From contig JAYWIR010000061.1 of the NCBI GenBank assembly GCA_036172245.1, forward strand, positions 614,831 through 634,830: 20,000 bases of DNA. The letters run 5' to 3'. Source of the stretch: Raillietiella orientalis. Lineage: Eukaryota. How positions within the stretch are numbered: position 1 is the first letter of the stretch; each line of letters opens with the position of its first letter. The notes below the pieces were generated by a model. The model made no database searches and was not told where the DNA came from. It was given only the letters and a program-made list of their open reading frames with translations. The position numbers and the translations under genes were made by a program. Positions 1 to 9,657 of the stretch are shown piece after piece.

Positions 1-1416
1 TGGTATAATTCGTGGAATATTCTTTTCGTATGTTTAAAAAGGAAAAATGATGTGAATAGAAGAAATTATAGCATACTTTAATAGACACCGATTTTTGATA
101 AAAGACTGAATCAGCTGCAATTGTAGTGAGAAGATATGGTAGTTGGGATCTGTTATTTGCATTTGTATCAGTTATTTGCATCAAACCAAACAGTGCTTGG
201 TGTATGAGCTCTATAGTTTGTGCTAAAAATATAAATACTGAACAAAAGAAAAAAGTACAATCTGTAATTTAAAATAAAAAATAAGGTCAACTCCAAAACT
301 GAGTAAGCATTTCAGGAATGTCATTTGGTCTGCACTTAGTTCCTATTCTTGTTCAAGAAATCATACATAATTTTTAGTGAATCATAAATAATCATAATCA
401 TTTTTCTTCATCAAATTCTGAAAGTTTAATATTTTCTACATTAAGAATAACGAGTTTTTTTTTAGAAAAATCAAGATATAAATTTAGTATGATTAGTGAT
501 GTTATCCTTTAACAAACTGTTCAAGTGAAGCCTATTTACAGTGAAACAATGTACATGAGAAATACGTACATGTGATACGTAGGTTATAAGATTTTGTTAT
601 TTACAAAATGTATCTGGTTTATTTTTCTAGGGTTAGATTCGAAATAATAATTACATTACAGTTGGAGACTTTTGTATTTGCAGGTGTTTAAAGCTGTATT
701 TAAAATCACTACAATGGCATTCATGTAGAGAATGAATTGCTTCTGTTTAATTTGTCAATTCTGTATAAAGTCATTAATCATTATTGACTTTGAAGTTTTA
801 ATTGTGTTTTTCACAATTTGATACATGAATATACTTGGGGTTTCAAATTTATCTAGTTATAATTTGTAAATTATTGTTTGAGTGGCTTCAAAGACTTTCT
901 TTTTCTTTGCACTTGTATGATAAATTTATTTTACATCCATTTGTAAAGTGATTGAGAAAGTATAATAATTTATGACCATGTCCTTTAGTTCTCAGTTTTC
1001 AAAAAGTCAAGGTTATAGAGGAATTATTAATAATCTGTATGTGAAGTATTTGAAAACGAATCTGCAGAATCACTTCAAAGTTATGCAATTTGTAATAGGT
1101 ATTAGTGATTCAAATTAAATTTTATGTCTTCGTTTGCTGTTATGTAATTATTCATATTCTGTCAAGTTATTGTGTTGCAATAGCATTAAAGATTTGAATT
1201 CTTGAAACATGAAATGTTTGATGTGATTTGTATCTGGATGTACTGCATAAAGAAATAATAATAAAATCATTGTAATTTTTAATTTGTTTCCAATGATTAC
1301 TACAAGGTTTTATTATTACTTCGTTTCTTGTCTTTTACTTTAATATAAAGTGCCAAAATTTGGAAAGTTGATATGACATAGTGGCCAACTATTCTTACCA
1401 GATGTTTTTGTTTCAG

Positions 1417-1565
1417 ATTATCTGTTATCCAATAATCATGTCAACTACATTATTCTTCACAAATTTAATTTTTCTGATGAGGAGGTGATGGCTTATTATA
1501 TTTCATTTTTAAAAACCCTTTCTTTGAAGTTAAATTTACATACCATTCATTTTTTTTATAATGAG
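1417..1565 (+). CDS. CLEC16A: CLEC16A exon (first in window; FPL domain)
   Basis: tttcag| acceptor, |gttagt donor; YLLSNNHVNYIILHKFNFSDEEVMAYYISFLKTLSLKLNLHTIHFFYNE. Confidence 0.95.
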
Positions 1566-4500
1566 GTTAGTACAGTTTTTGAAAGATGTATAAAATGTGC
1601 TGATATTGAATGTCATGGACAACAAAAGAAATGCCGAGTTGTACAGATGCAATTTATAGTAAAGCATTTCTTTATGAAGTATTTTAAGTTATATTAAAAA
1701 AAATCGTGTTTTCCTACTTTTACTGCATTATGTTTATTGAAGTTACATCTTAGGTTAACATTTTCAGTTAATTGCCATAAAAATGATTACTTAAATACGC
1801 ACCTAAATAATGTTATGTACAAATAGCATAATATTATAGGATTTAAAAGCAAAATTTTCATTTTAGTATACAAATGAATTTCCTCTTTATACTGAAGCAA
1901 TAAAGTTCTTCAATCATGAAGAAAGTATGGTACGAATTGCAGTTAGAACTTTAACTCTGAATGTTTACAGAGTTGGTGGAAAAGAAATGCTAAACTTTAT
2001 CAAAAATACTGCAACTGGGCATTATTTTTTGCATTTGGTTTATTTCATCAGAGATCAAATTTGTGAGCTTAATAAGGACATGAATTGTGAAATACTGTGA
2101 GTTGTAGTTATTTAAATCACTGCAGTACTGCTGTATGTGAAACGTATCTATAACTGTATTTATCCAATTCATATTGTTTGAAACACATTTTTATTTTTTT
2201 TATGCCTACAAACCTTGCATGGTTTTCAATTTGTAGAATTCATTGCATATAACATAGAGTAAATTTCTAAGGATCTTTGATGTTTATGTCTTATGTCTCA
2301 TTAACAGAAGATGTTATGCAGTCCTTAATGATCAAACCAAACGTGATCAGTGATGAGTGATCAGTTTGGTTGATTATCAGTGTTGGTTGATTATCAGTGT
2401 TGGTTATTCCTGCTTGGTAAGATCATTGTAATGTAATATTGCTGTTTATCCAAGTGTCTAGTAATGCATATGTTACCAAAAGCATGCTTTAATGGGTTGT
2501 TTTTTTATCAGTAATTTTACTGATCACCCCATAGGGATTGGTTGCTGAAGTAAATTTTGCCTATTTAAAGTCTGTCATTGAAATCTATTACGAAATTTCT
2601 AACGTTTTCATATTCAATTGCAAAATTTAATAGAGTAAACCTTGGCTAAAAAAGTTTGTGTGGATTTCTTTAGTTCATATTAGAGCAAGGCATTTTTCAA
2701 GTCATAGTTGACGAATGTCTTCCAGTACACCATAAAAAGGTTTCTGTTCTATGTGTTTTGTTTAAGGGAATAAATGTAAATGAAGTTATTTCCTATTTAA
2801 AAATTAAGACATTGTTTTAGCAGAAAATTTGTTATATTTATTCTTGTAAACTAATTAATGTGAAAAAGTTCACACACTAATTCATGTAAAGGATATGCCA
2901 TGCAAATATGTCCTCTTTCAGATCATTAACAATTTAGTTGGAAGCCAGAATAGTTGTTGACATTATTTTAGGATGTGACGTTTTAAGTTGCAAGAATAAA
3001 TGATAGTGATGTTGATGATGTTTGTAATAATAAATTGAGATTCATATTTGGTTTCATCTTCAGTTCTAAGTAATCTTGTAACTGAAGGTGGACATATCTA
3101 TGGTGTCACCAAAGTAAACCTCTATTGTTTGTTCACAGCTATCTGTTTTTGAAGTCGGTATTAATTTCTTTTTATTTCAGTGCTAGCACGAATACAATAT
3201 AGTTGTAGTATTTAATAAGATCATAATTAATTGAGGTAGCATACTTTAGAATGCGTAATTTTTAAATGTAAATGCACATCTTTGTTTACACTCAGTGCAT
3301 CATGAAATGTATGGTGACATATAATGCATTGTCATTTTGAATTATCTGTAGCCTGAGAGCTTAGATGCCAGCCCATTGTTCCAAAACATAATTACTATCA
3401 TGCTCATGAGCGCATAATAATCAAAATACTTGAGATAGCTCTCAATACTTAGTAAACTTTCTTTTATGAACCCAAATGTAATTTACACCAGTAGTTTGGA
3501 ATTTTTGTATCACATTGAAGTCCTTTGGGAAAATCGATATTAAAAAACAAAACTTGAGCTTTGCAGAATCATTCTTAGTTCAACTATAATTAGTTCTGGT
3601 TGATAGTGAAAAAATCCTTATTTAATTCTTGTTTGGGTTTATTTTTCGGGATATCTTAATTCATGGTAAATGCTAAATTGATTAGTGGTCTGTAGTAACC
3701 CATATCTCATGCTTGACTTGCTCTCATATAAATCTCATACGCTGGTTTGAAACAAGTATTTTTGAGAGAAACTGTAAACCATTAATATTTCAGTTACTAA
3801 TCTTTTGTTGGTTAATATTATTAAACCTTGAAGTATGTGCGAGTTCAGGCCCAGTTTTTAACAGCTGTTTGTATTTCAAAGTGATCATATAAATTTCTGT
3901 GAATCTAAAGCTAACATTTCTAAAAAACTGATGCTCCTTGATAACAGTTTAAAGATGGGCGAAAACTTGGAAAGGCAAAATGTATGGTTTTGTAGTATTA
4001 CTTGTAGAAATCGGACAGCTCATATGGAGCATGGAGTTCAAGTGTAAATCTGAATTTGAGTGGCTGGTATTAACCATAAGGGATGTATTTTACTGTGCAA
4101 TTAAAACCTTGAGTTTTTATCATGCTTCATCCTCCAGATCTAATTACTGTTTAAATTTAATAATTTTCTGAATGTACACTGTTCTGAAAAATTACATCAT
4201 TGTTCTGAATGATGTAATTTTTTATTCAAAATAGGACAAATGGAATACAGGGTTTATGATTCGCTGTTTGAAAAGAGTCATCTTTTACTTGTCTTGGGAA
4301 CATGTTCCTTAGATTTGAGACATTGGCTGCATTTCAAAAAAGTGTTGCGTCTTAAAACAGCTTGAAATGCTTTTAAAGTGTTTTTAGATGGTGAAAGTAT
4401 TGAAATTGAAGTAATGTTGAAGATTTAAATGTTCAATTTCATTATTTGAGTACCCTGAATATTATTTTGAGTGGTCAGAAAATTCCAGTATTATTTTGTT

Positions 4501-7500
4501 TTGAGTTTGAAGTTTCGGTTTTGGTTTGTTTTTGTATTTTATTCTACAACGCCACAAAAATAATATCTTGAGTTAGTCTGCTTCAAAGTTTCTTGATATT
4601 TAGCATTTAAGGTGTTTAAAGTCTTCATTTTATGCTGATGAGTGATATACCAAGCCTTAAGTGTAAAATTTACAAAAAATCATCAAAGCAAGTCAAGCTT
4701 TTTTTATCAGAGCTCTGAAAGCAAAAGATTTTAAATAAGATGCACATGATATTAATTGTCTCAGTAATGCTAAATGTTCCTAAACTACATATACCTAAAC
4801 AGATATGTTTGCCATGTATATTTATCTACATTTTTTGTTTCGACCTATGTTTTAGCTATCTGCATAGGGAGAACTTCGCGTGTTTAGTTGCTGATCATTT
4901 GGATAATCTTCATTATCTTAATGATATACTGAGTCTTGAAAAAAGCACCTTGAATAACGTTTTGATGGATCAATTAATTAACAGTCTTTTTTTACCATTC
5001 CATATATCTTCATTAAGTAACCATCCTCAGGTAATAAAGAATTTTTTGTTATCACTTTTGCTTATAAGGAGTCGAAAATAAATGATCCAAACCCCTATTT
5101 AATTCCAGGACAAAGAAACATGCATCAATAAAGTTTTGGCCTTATTCTTATTGACTCACCTATTTTTAATTTTTTCATATATTCCATTACAAAGAATCCT
5201 TATTGAAATACTTACAAAAGGAAAAGAATGTTGTGTCATCAGTATCTCAGAAGAAAATCATGACTGGAAAGTAGGTCTTATTGGTTTCTTGAAATTTAAT
5301 TTATATTCATTACATTCTATATTTTATATTTAATTTTGATGTTCACTTTGCAATATAAATCACAATAAGAATTCTTATTTCTTTAATAAGTATTTTATGT
5401 TAAAGGTTTTCATCAGTCCACCATCGACAGATTTGGCAATTGAAAACGCTGGTCTGTACAAGGAGCAAATGAGTGATTCTTTACAGAACATGAACACTAC
5501 AGGTAGGAATATCCTCTAAGTAAGGAATATGCATTTCGTAAATAGGTAATATGAAATTTGAAGTTCAGAATCATTTGTCATTACTGCTTTTAAATTTTGA
5601 GCATTTGTTGATAAAGCTTGTAGTAAAAAAGCTTATCTATTTTGGAATAATTTGTCAAACTTGTTGATATGCAGTAAACTGCATGAAGTTTGCAAAAGAC
5701 AGTTCTAAGTATTATTGATGAAGCAGAAATTATATTTTTTTTTGCACACATGCCAAGATTCAAGAAATGACTGTTTGAAAAGTTTCTACAGTAATTGCGA
5801 ATGCTTATCGTTTGCATTGGTCATTTATCTCTTACTAATATAATACATGGTATTCTCATGTGATTAAGCAATTACTGCAGTATAGTAAATAATGATTATT
5901 CTTGTTTATATACTTATTTTGATCTACAAGTCATATGTATGTGATTCAGAATTTTCGTTTTTGCAAAGCATTAAGATGTTTGCAATGATTCTGATCTATA
6001 TGTTGTTCTGTTACCTATTTAAGTAGGTGTTATTTCTCCGGTTGAAAACAGTTTTGAAATGTTCATCATTCATGCTTCAGTCTTTTCATCTTTCCAATAT
6101 TTCTAATGAATCATTATCGAGTTATATCTGAAAACTTTATATATCAATTTGGATTTCAGATATTAATTTCACAGATGAAGAAAAGGAAAAGCAGCTTCAT
6201 TCAGAGAATATGATCTCCAGTGGATGTAATGGGGCTGTTCGATATTACATAGATTACGTATATGATTCCTTAGATTGTTCTTCAGATGATTACGGTGCAA
6301 TGTTTGCACTTTCATTGCTTTATGTGATCAAAAAATTAGGTACAGGTGTTAGCATTTTATTTGGTATCTTATGAAGGGCATTTCAGAATGCGGTCATGAG
6401 AATAGCGAAATTCAAAACAGTGGTTTAGGCTACTTAAATGGCAGTGAAATAATAACAAGACTTATAGATATCATTTCTTGCAGCTGTAAAGAAAGTACGT
6501 ATTTTTGTTCATACGTTGTGCTTACTGATTAATTTAGATAATCAAGTGCGTTTAATTACATTTGAATTGGCAGTAAAATTGCTAAAAATGCTAATATTAG
6601 AAGCAGAAGGAAAATACATTTCAGATCATGTACTAGCCCTGATCGACAATGCAAAAGAAAAATCCATTCATTTGATGCAAAAGATTTATAAGGTTAGTAC
6701 AATTGCTTTGGGGGTCAAAGTTTATCTTTGTGCATCCATCTATAACCTTGCATACATCTGTTACGTCATGTTTTTTTTTTAATGTAATATCTGGTTCCTT
6801 CTTAGGATGAAGACATCTTTCTTGACATGTTCGAAAATGAGTATCAGTATGTTCAGTCACAGTCCCCAAATATTAGTCATGTGTTAACGGATCCATCAAT
6901 TTTGTTGCCTCCCACTGGAACACCCCTTACTGGAATAGATTTTGCAAAACGATTACCGTGTGGGGAGGTACTTGTATAAACTTATGTAAAGTTTATTCTT
7001 GATGTGTTTGACTTGGGATGCAGATCTAGTTTTTGTGTAAAATGCATTTGTTATCATAGTTTTCTGGATTGTACTTAAATCAACCAATAAGTTTGTTGTA
7101 TATTTCTTACTGGAAACTTAAATCAGGTTAAGACATGTTCAACTTCGAGAATCTTGAAGGTATCAGTGAATTATTGATAACTAGAGGGAAGTATTGGTTG
7201 AAAGATTAAATTGCGTATAAACCAGATGTTGAGTAATTGAATTCCAATCCTTTTTAATCAGTACTCAAGAGGCTAAAGGGCTCATAAACTGGAGCCGTTT
7301 TCGTAAATTTGATTGCAGAATTTAGGGTTTTCTATGCGTTCGCTTTGATGTTTGCAGTTTTATTTAGGTTCAGCGCATCCGTTGTATCTTGATCGACTCC
7401 AAACACTGTTGGCTTGAAAAATCAATTTCTTAATCAATAATCATCACAGAAAAAAGTAAACCTTTACCATGTGGGTTCTCGTCACGTTGTTTTTCGTATT

Positions 7501-8952
7501 GTAAATCCTTGAATGTAAGGACTGAAAATGCATCTTTTTCGATATGGATAATCGAGTAAAAGTGGACTGTATGGTGAATTTGAAATTGAAATATAAAGTG
7601 AGAATGTTTGTATCATTGAGTGGCACCCTACTGATGGCTGTTTTTGATTTACATTTTCATTTTGATATGATTTATGTTTTCTCCTGAAGTGTTTTTGATG
7701 GATTGATTGGCAAAATGATCAGTTTTGATGTTCTTTGTAAATTTAACTTTGCTGATTCATGGAGTATTTCTTCCCTTTTCAAGGTGGAGCAATGTAGACA
7801 GATAATTCGAATCTACTTAACTTTGAGAGATCTTTGTTGCACTTTATTCAAACAAGAAAAGTCTTTCTTTCCCAGTATTCCACCACCTGTCAAGTGCAAT
7901 GACACGTTGGATTTAAGTAGGAAAAAACATGTATATTTTTTTTATTTTCTTTCTTCTGTCAGATGACAGTGAATTAATAGCTTGCACCATGATGGTAAAA
8001 GATAAGCATAAGAGACTGTTTATGGTTGTGGACGAACTGCAAGTGATTCTGTTTGAGCCAGATATCAAGAAACTTGGATGGGGTGTTGCCAAATTTGCAG
8101 GATTTCTATCTGTATTGTACACAGGTTTTCGTTCGAAAGCAGTTAAATATGCATTTGTTCTATTAGGATATGAATGTTTGCGGTGACAAAGAAGATTTCC
8201 GAATTTTACATCTGACTATTCAAAAACCAAGTGAATGCAGTCTTAGTAATCAGATATTTCCATTAGTTACCAAACTTGTTTTTGATGATCATATTCGTTG
8301 CATGGCTGCCAAGCAGAGGTAGGCCCATATCAGATTGTTTATTTTGGCCCTGATATGCTATTCGTGCTGAATGTAATTTGTAGGTACTAAAATTTCACTT
8401 TAAGCCACTCTTTTTCTTACGATGTGCAAATTCAGTAAGCTTATTTGCTAACAGCATACAGATTTCTGGATGGCTTTCACATGTAATATGTAATAATAAG
8501 GAGCCGTGACCTCGAAGAATGTGAAATAGAAGATTGTAATTTTCTTGTAGGTTAACCAGGGGAAGGAACAATATTCGACACAAAAAATTGCAGCAGATCG
8601 CTTCTCTAGTGAAGATCACAAATTCTTTCGGTAAACCTTCTATAATGATTTCATGAAACAAAAGAATGTGAAATTTCTTCATCACGTTAGCTGATTCGAA
8701 AATTTTTCTTGCTAGAAAACATGCCAAAATCCAGGGATAAGAACCTTGTGAACCCGAAACTTTGCCTGGATTATAAAAAAATTCCCGGAAGTGCAGCACA
8801 GTACAAGGAAGATACGAGTAAGGAATTTGTTTTTTTCATCATAAAATGCAATTTTGTATTTTGTCTTCCAAATTTTTTTGTTTATAGAAAACTTTAGTTC
8901 ACTAGGAATTGCAACTAATGAAATAAATACCACACCAAGTACACTGAAGTGA
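1417..8952 (+). CDS. CLEC16A: CLEC16A / gop-1 / ema orthologue (FPL-domain endolysosomal trafficking/autophagy protein); 15 coding exons in window, 5' exons lie upstream of the window
   Basis: Hand-spliced exons 1417-1565, 1867-2096, 4856-5030, 5109-5270, 5406-5502, 6160-6339, 6387-6494, 6538-6692, 6806-6967, 7784-7916, 7963-8111, 8167-8318, 8551-8630, 8716-8817, 8888-8952; all GT-AG, phases compatible. Peptides match CLEC16A as I recall it: YLLSNNHVN..FSDEEVMAYYISFLKTLSLKLN, LYTEAIKFFNHEESMVRIAVRT, DHLDNLHYLNDIL, DIFLDMFENEY, ILLPPTGTPLTGIDFAKRLPCG, LGWGVAKFAG, FDDHIRCMAAKQRL. Confidence 0.96.
1867..2096 (+). CDS. CLEC16A: CLEC16A exon
   Basis: ttttag| ... |gtgagt; YTNEFPLYTEAIKFFNHEESMVRIAVRTLTLNVYRV... 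Confidence 0.95.
2361..2405 (+). repeat. Short tandem repeat, 17-bp unit tcagtgttggttgatta, ~2.7 copies, in CLEC16A intron
   Basis: tcagt-ttggttgatta / tcagtgttggttgatta / tcagtgttggtt read directly. Confidence 0.85.
4856..5030 (+). CDS. CLEC16A: CLEC16A exon
   Basis: ttttag| ... |gtaata; YLHRENFACLVADHLDNLHYLNDILSLEKSTLNNVLMDQLINSLFLPFHISSL. Confidence 0.93.
5109..5270 (+). CDS. CLEC16A: CLEC16A exon
   Basis: ttccag| ... |gtaggt; DKETCINKVLALFLLTHLFLIFSYIPLQRILIEILTKG. Confidence 0.9.
5406..5502 (+). CDS. CLEC16A: CLEC16A exon (variable region)
   Basis: ttaaag| ... |gtagga; VFISPPSTDLAIENAGLYKEQMSDSLQNMNTT; provides the phase 0 to phase 1 bridge needed between neighbours. Confidence 0.75.
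6160..6339 (+). CDS. CLEC16A: CLEC16A exon
   Basis: tttcag| ... |gtacag; INFTDEEKEK...YVYDSLDCSSDDYGAMFALSLLY. Confidence 0.9.
6387..6494 (+). CDS. CLEC16A: CLEC16A exon
   Basis: tttcag| ... |gtacgt; ...GSEIITRLIDIISCSCKE; follows a 47-nt intron containing an in-frame stop. Confidence 0.8.
6538..6692 (+). CDS. CLEC16A: CLEC16A exon
   Basis: atttag| ... |gttagt; NQVRLITFELAVKLLKMLI...DHVLALIDNAKEKSIHLMQKIYK. Confidence 0.92.
6806..6967 (+). CDS. CLEC16A: CLEC16A exon
   Basis: tcttag| ... |gtactt; DEDIFLDMFENEY...DPSILLPPTGTPLTGIDFAKRLPCGE. Confidence 0.96.
7784..7916 (+). CDS. CLEC16A: CLEC16A exon
   Basis: ttcaag| ... |gtagga; VEQCRQIIRIYLTLRDLCCTL...VKCNDTLDL. Confidence 0.92.
7963..8111 (+). 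CDS. CLEC16A: CLEC16A exon
   Basis: tgtcag| ... |gtattg; DSELIACTMMVKDKHKRLFMVVDELQVILFEPDIKKLGWGVAKFAGFLS. Confidence 0.92.
8167..8318 (+). CDS. CLEC16A: CLEC16A exon
   Basis: tattag| ... |gtaggc; DMNVCGDKEDFRILHLTIQKP...LVFDDHIRCMAAKQR. Confidence 0.93.
8551..8630 (+). CDS. CLEC16A: CLEC16A exon
   Basis: ttgtag| ... |gtaaac; LTRGRNNIRHKKLQQIASLV. Confidence 0.9.
8716..8817 (+). CDS. CLEC16A: CLEC16A exon (near C-terminus)
   Basis: tgctag| ... |gtaagg; contains YKKIPGSAA, resembling the DKVPGFAV motif I recall from vertebrate CLEC16A. Confidence 0.72.
8888..8952 (+). CDS. CLEC16A: CLEC16A probable terminal coding exon
   Basis: tttatag| acceptor after a T-rich tract; phase fits; NFSSLGIATNEINTTPSTLK then TGA 8950-8952; no homology support. 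Confidence 0.6.
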
Positions 8953-9220
8953 GCTAGTCATCCAAACTTGATAAGGTAACTATCATTATTTTCTTACCGT
9001 ATGTACTCCGTCCAGTTATGCAGAAATTCTCTGTTTTCAATGGTTCCTATGTACATAATCAAATGGTTTTGAAGCTCCTTAGGCGGTGCGTTTTCCCCTT
9101 TTTCAAGTTCATAAGGCGTCTTTGCGAAAGCATTTGAGCTGTCGTCTTTCGACAAGTTTTATCGCGGAATGAAGCAAATAGGAATGACGTCACGACGATC
9201 GCTGGTGCCCCCACCAGGGG

Positions 9221-9657
9221 TCAAATAGCAGGCCGGTCCTTAATGGATTGCGTGAATTCGTGTCGGACGCTGTCCTCGTCGTCGCGGGCAAAGTTCACGA
9301 CGCCGTGGACAGTCTTTCCACGCGCGTGCTGCAGCGGCTTTTCTGCAGTCCCCGAGGAGTCGCGGGGTGTTCTTCCGTGTGCATAGGTGTTTTGCGACGG
9401 CGGCGGTGTTGCCTCCATTTCCCTGTTGGTCCGAGCACCAGATGATGATGTGGGCGTGGGTGGGCTTCTTGGCGGAGGACTTCTAGCAGTTGCATCGGAT
9501 TGGGTGCAAAGATAACCATAAGTGGCGGACAATGAGAAATCGGTGGAAGATGCACTCACCGACGTGCACACCCATGTTGTCGCGTTGAGCATTCATCAAA
9601 TGTACTTTGCGTGTTTTGTAATCGGCTGGTTAAAAGTGTGCCAAATGTGATCGAATG
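9221..9657 (-). CDS. Candidate terminal exons (9657-9560 and 9482-9221) of a minus-strand gene, possibly the rhomboid cytosolic tail
   Basis: cattcag| acceptor at 9658, consensus donor cg|gtgagt at 9559, gctag| acceptor at 9483; splice keeps an open frame into a Pro/Ser-rich peptide ending ...DDEDSVRHEFTQSIKDRPAI*. No firm homology. Confidence 0.3.

Noticed and set aside
1..1416. Missing 5' CLEC16A exons (LIWGDQ, LLQTLNILFEN motifs)
   Set aside because: Not found by eye; region appears intronic, so the gene starts upstream of the window.
2361..2405. Direct repeats as a possible CRISPR array
   Set aside because: Head-to-tail tandem copies without spacers, in a eukaryotic intron; no cas genes.
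8326..8357. 8-bp inverted repeat catatcag/ctgatatg next to a splice donor
   Set aside because: Short, AT-rich stem; expected by chance at this window size.
8395..8933. Minus-strand ORFs of 134 and 73 aa
   Set aside because: Antisense to CLEC16A exons/introns; no independent support.
9185..9192. Second TGACGTCA (CRE) site
   Set aside because: Lies between convergent 3' ends; isolated 8-mer compatible with chance.
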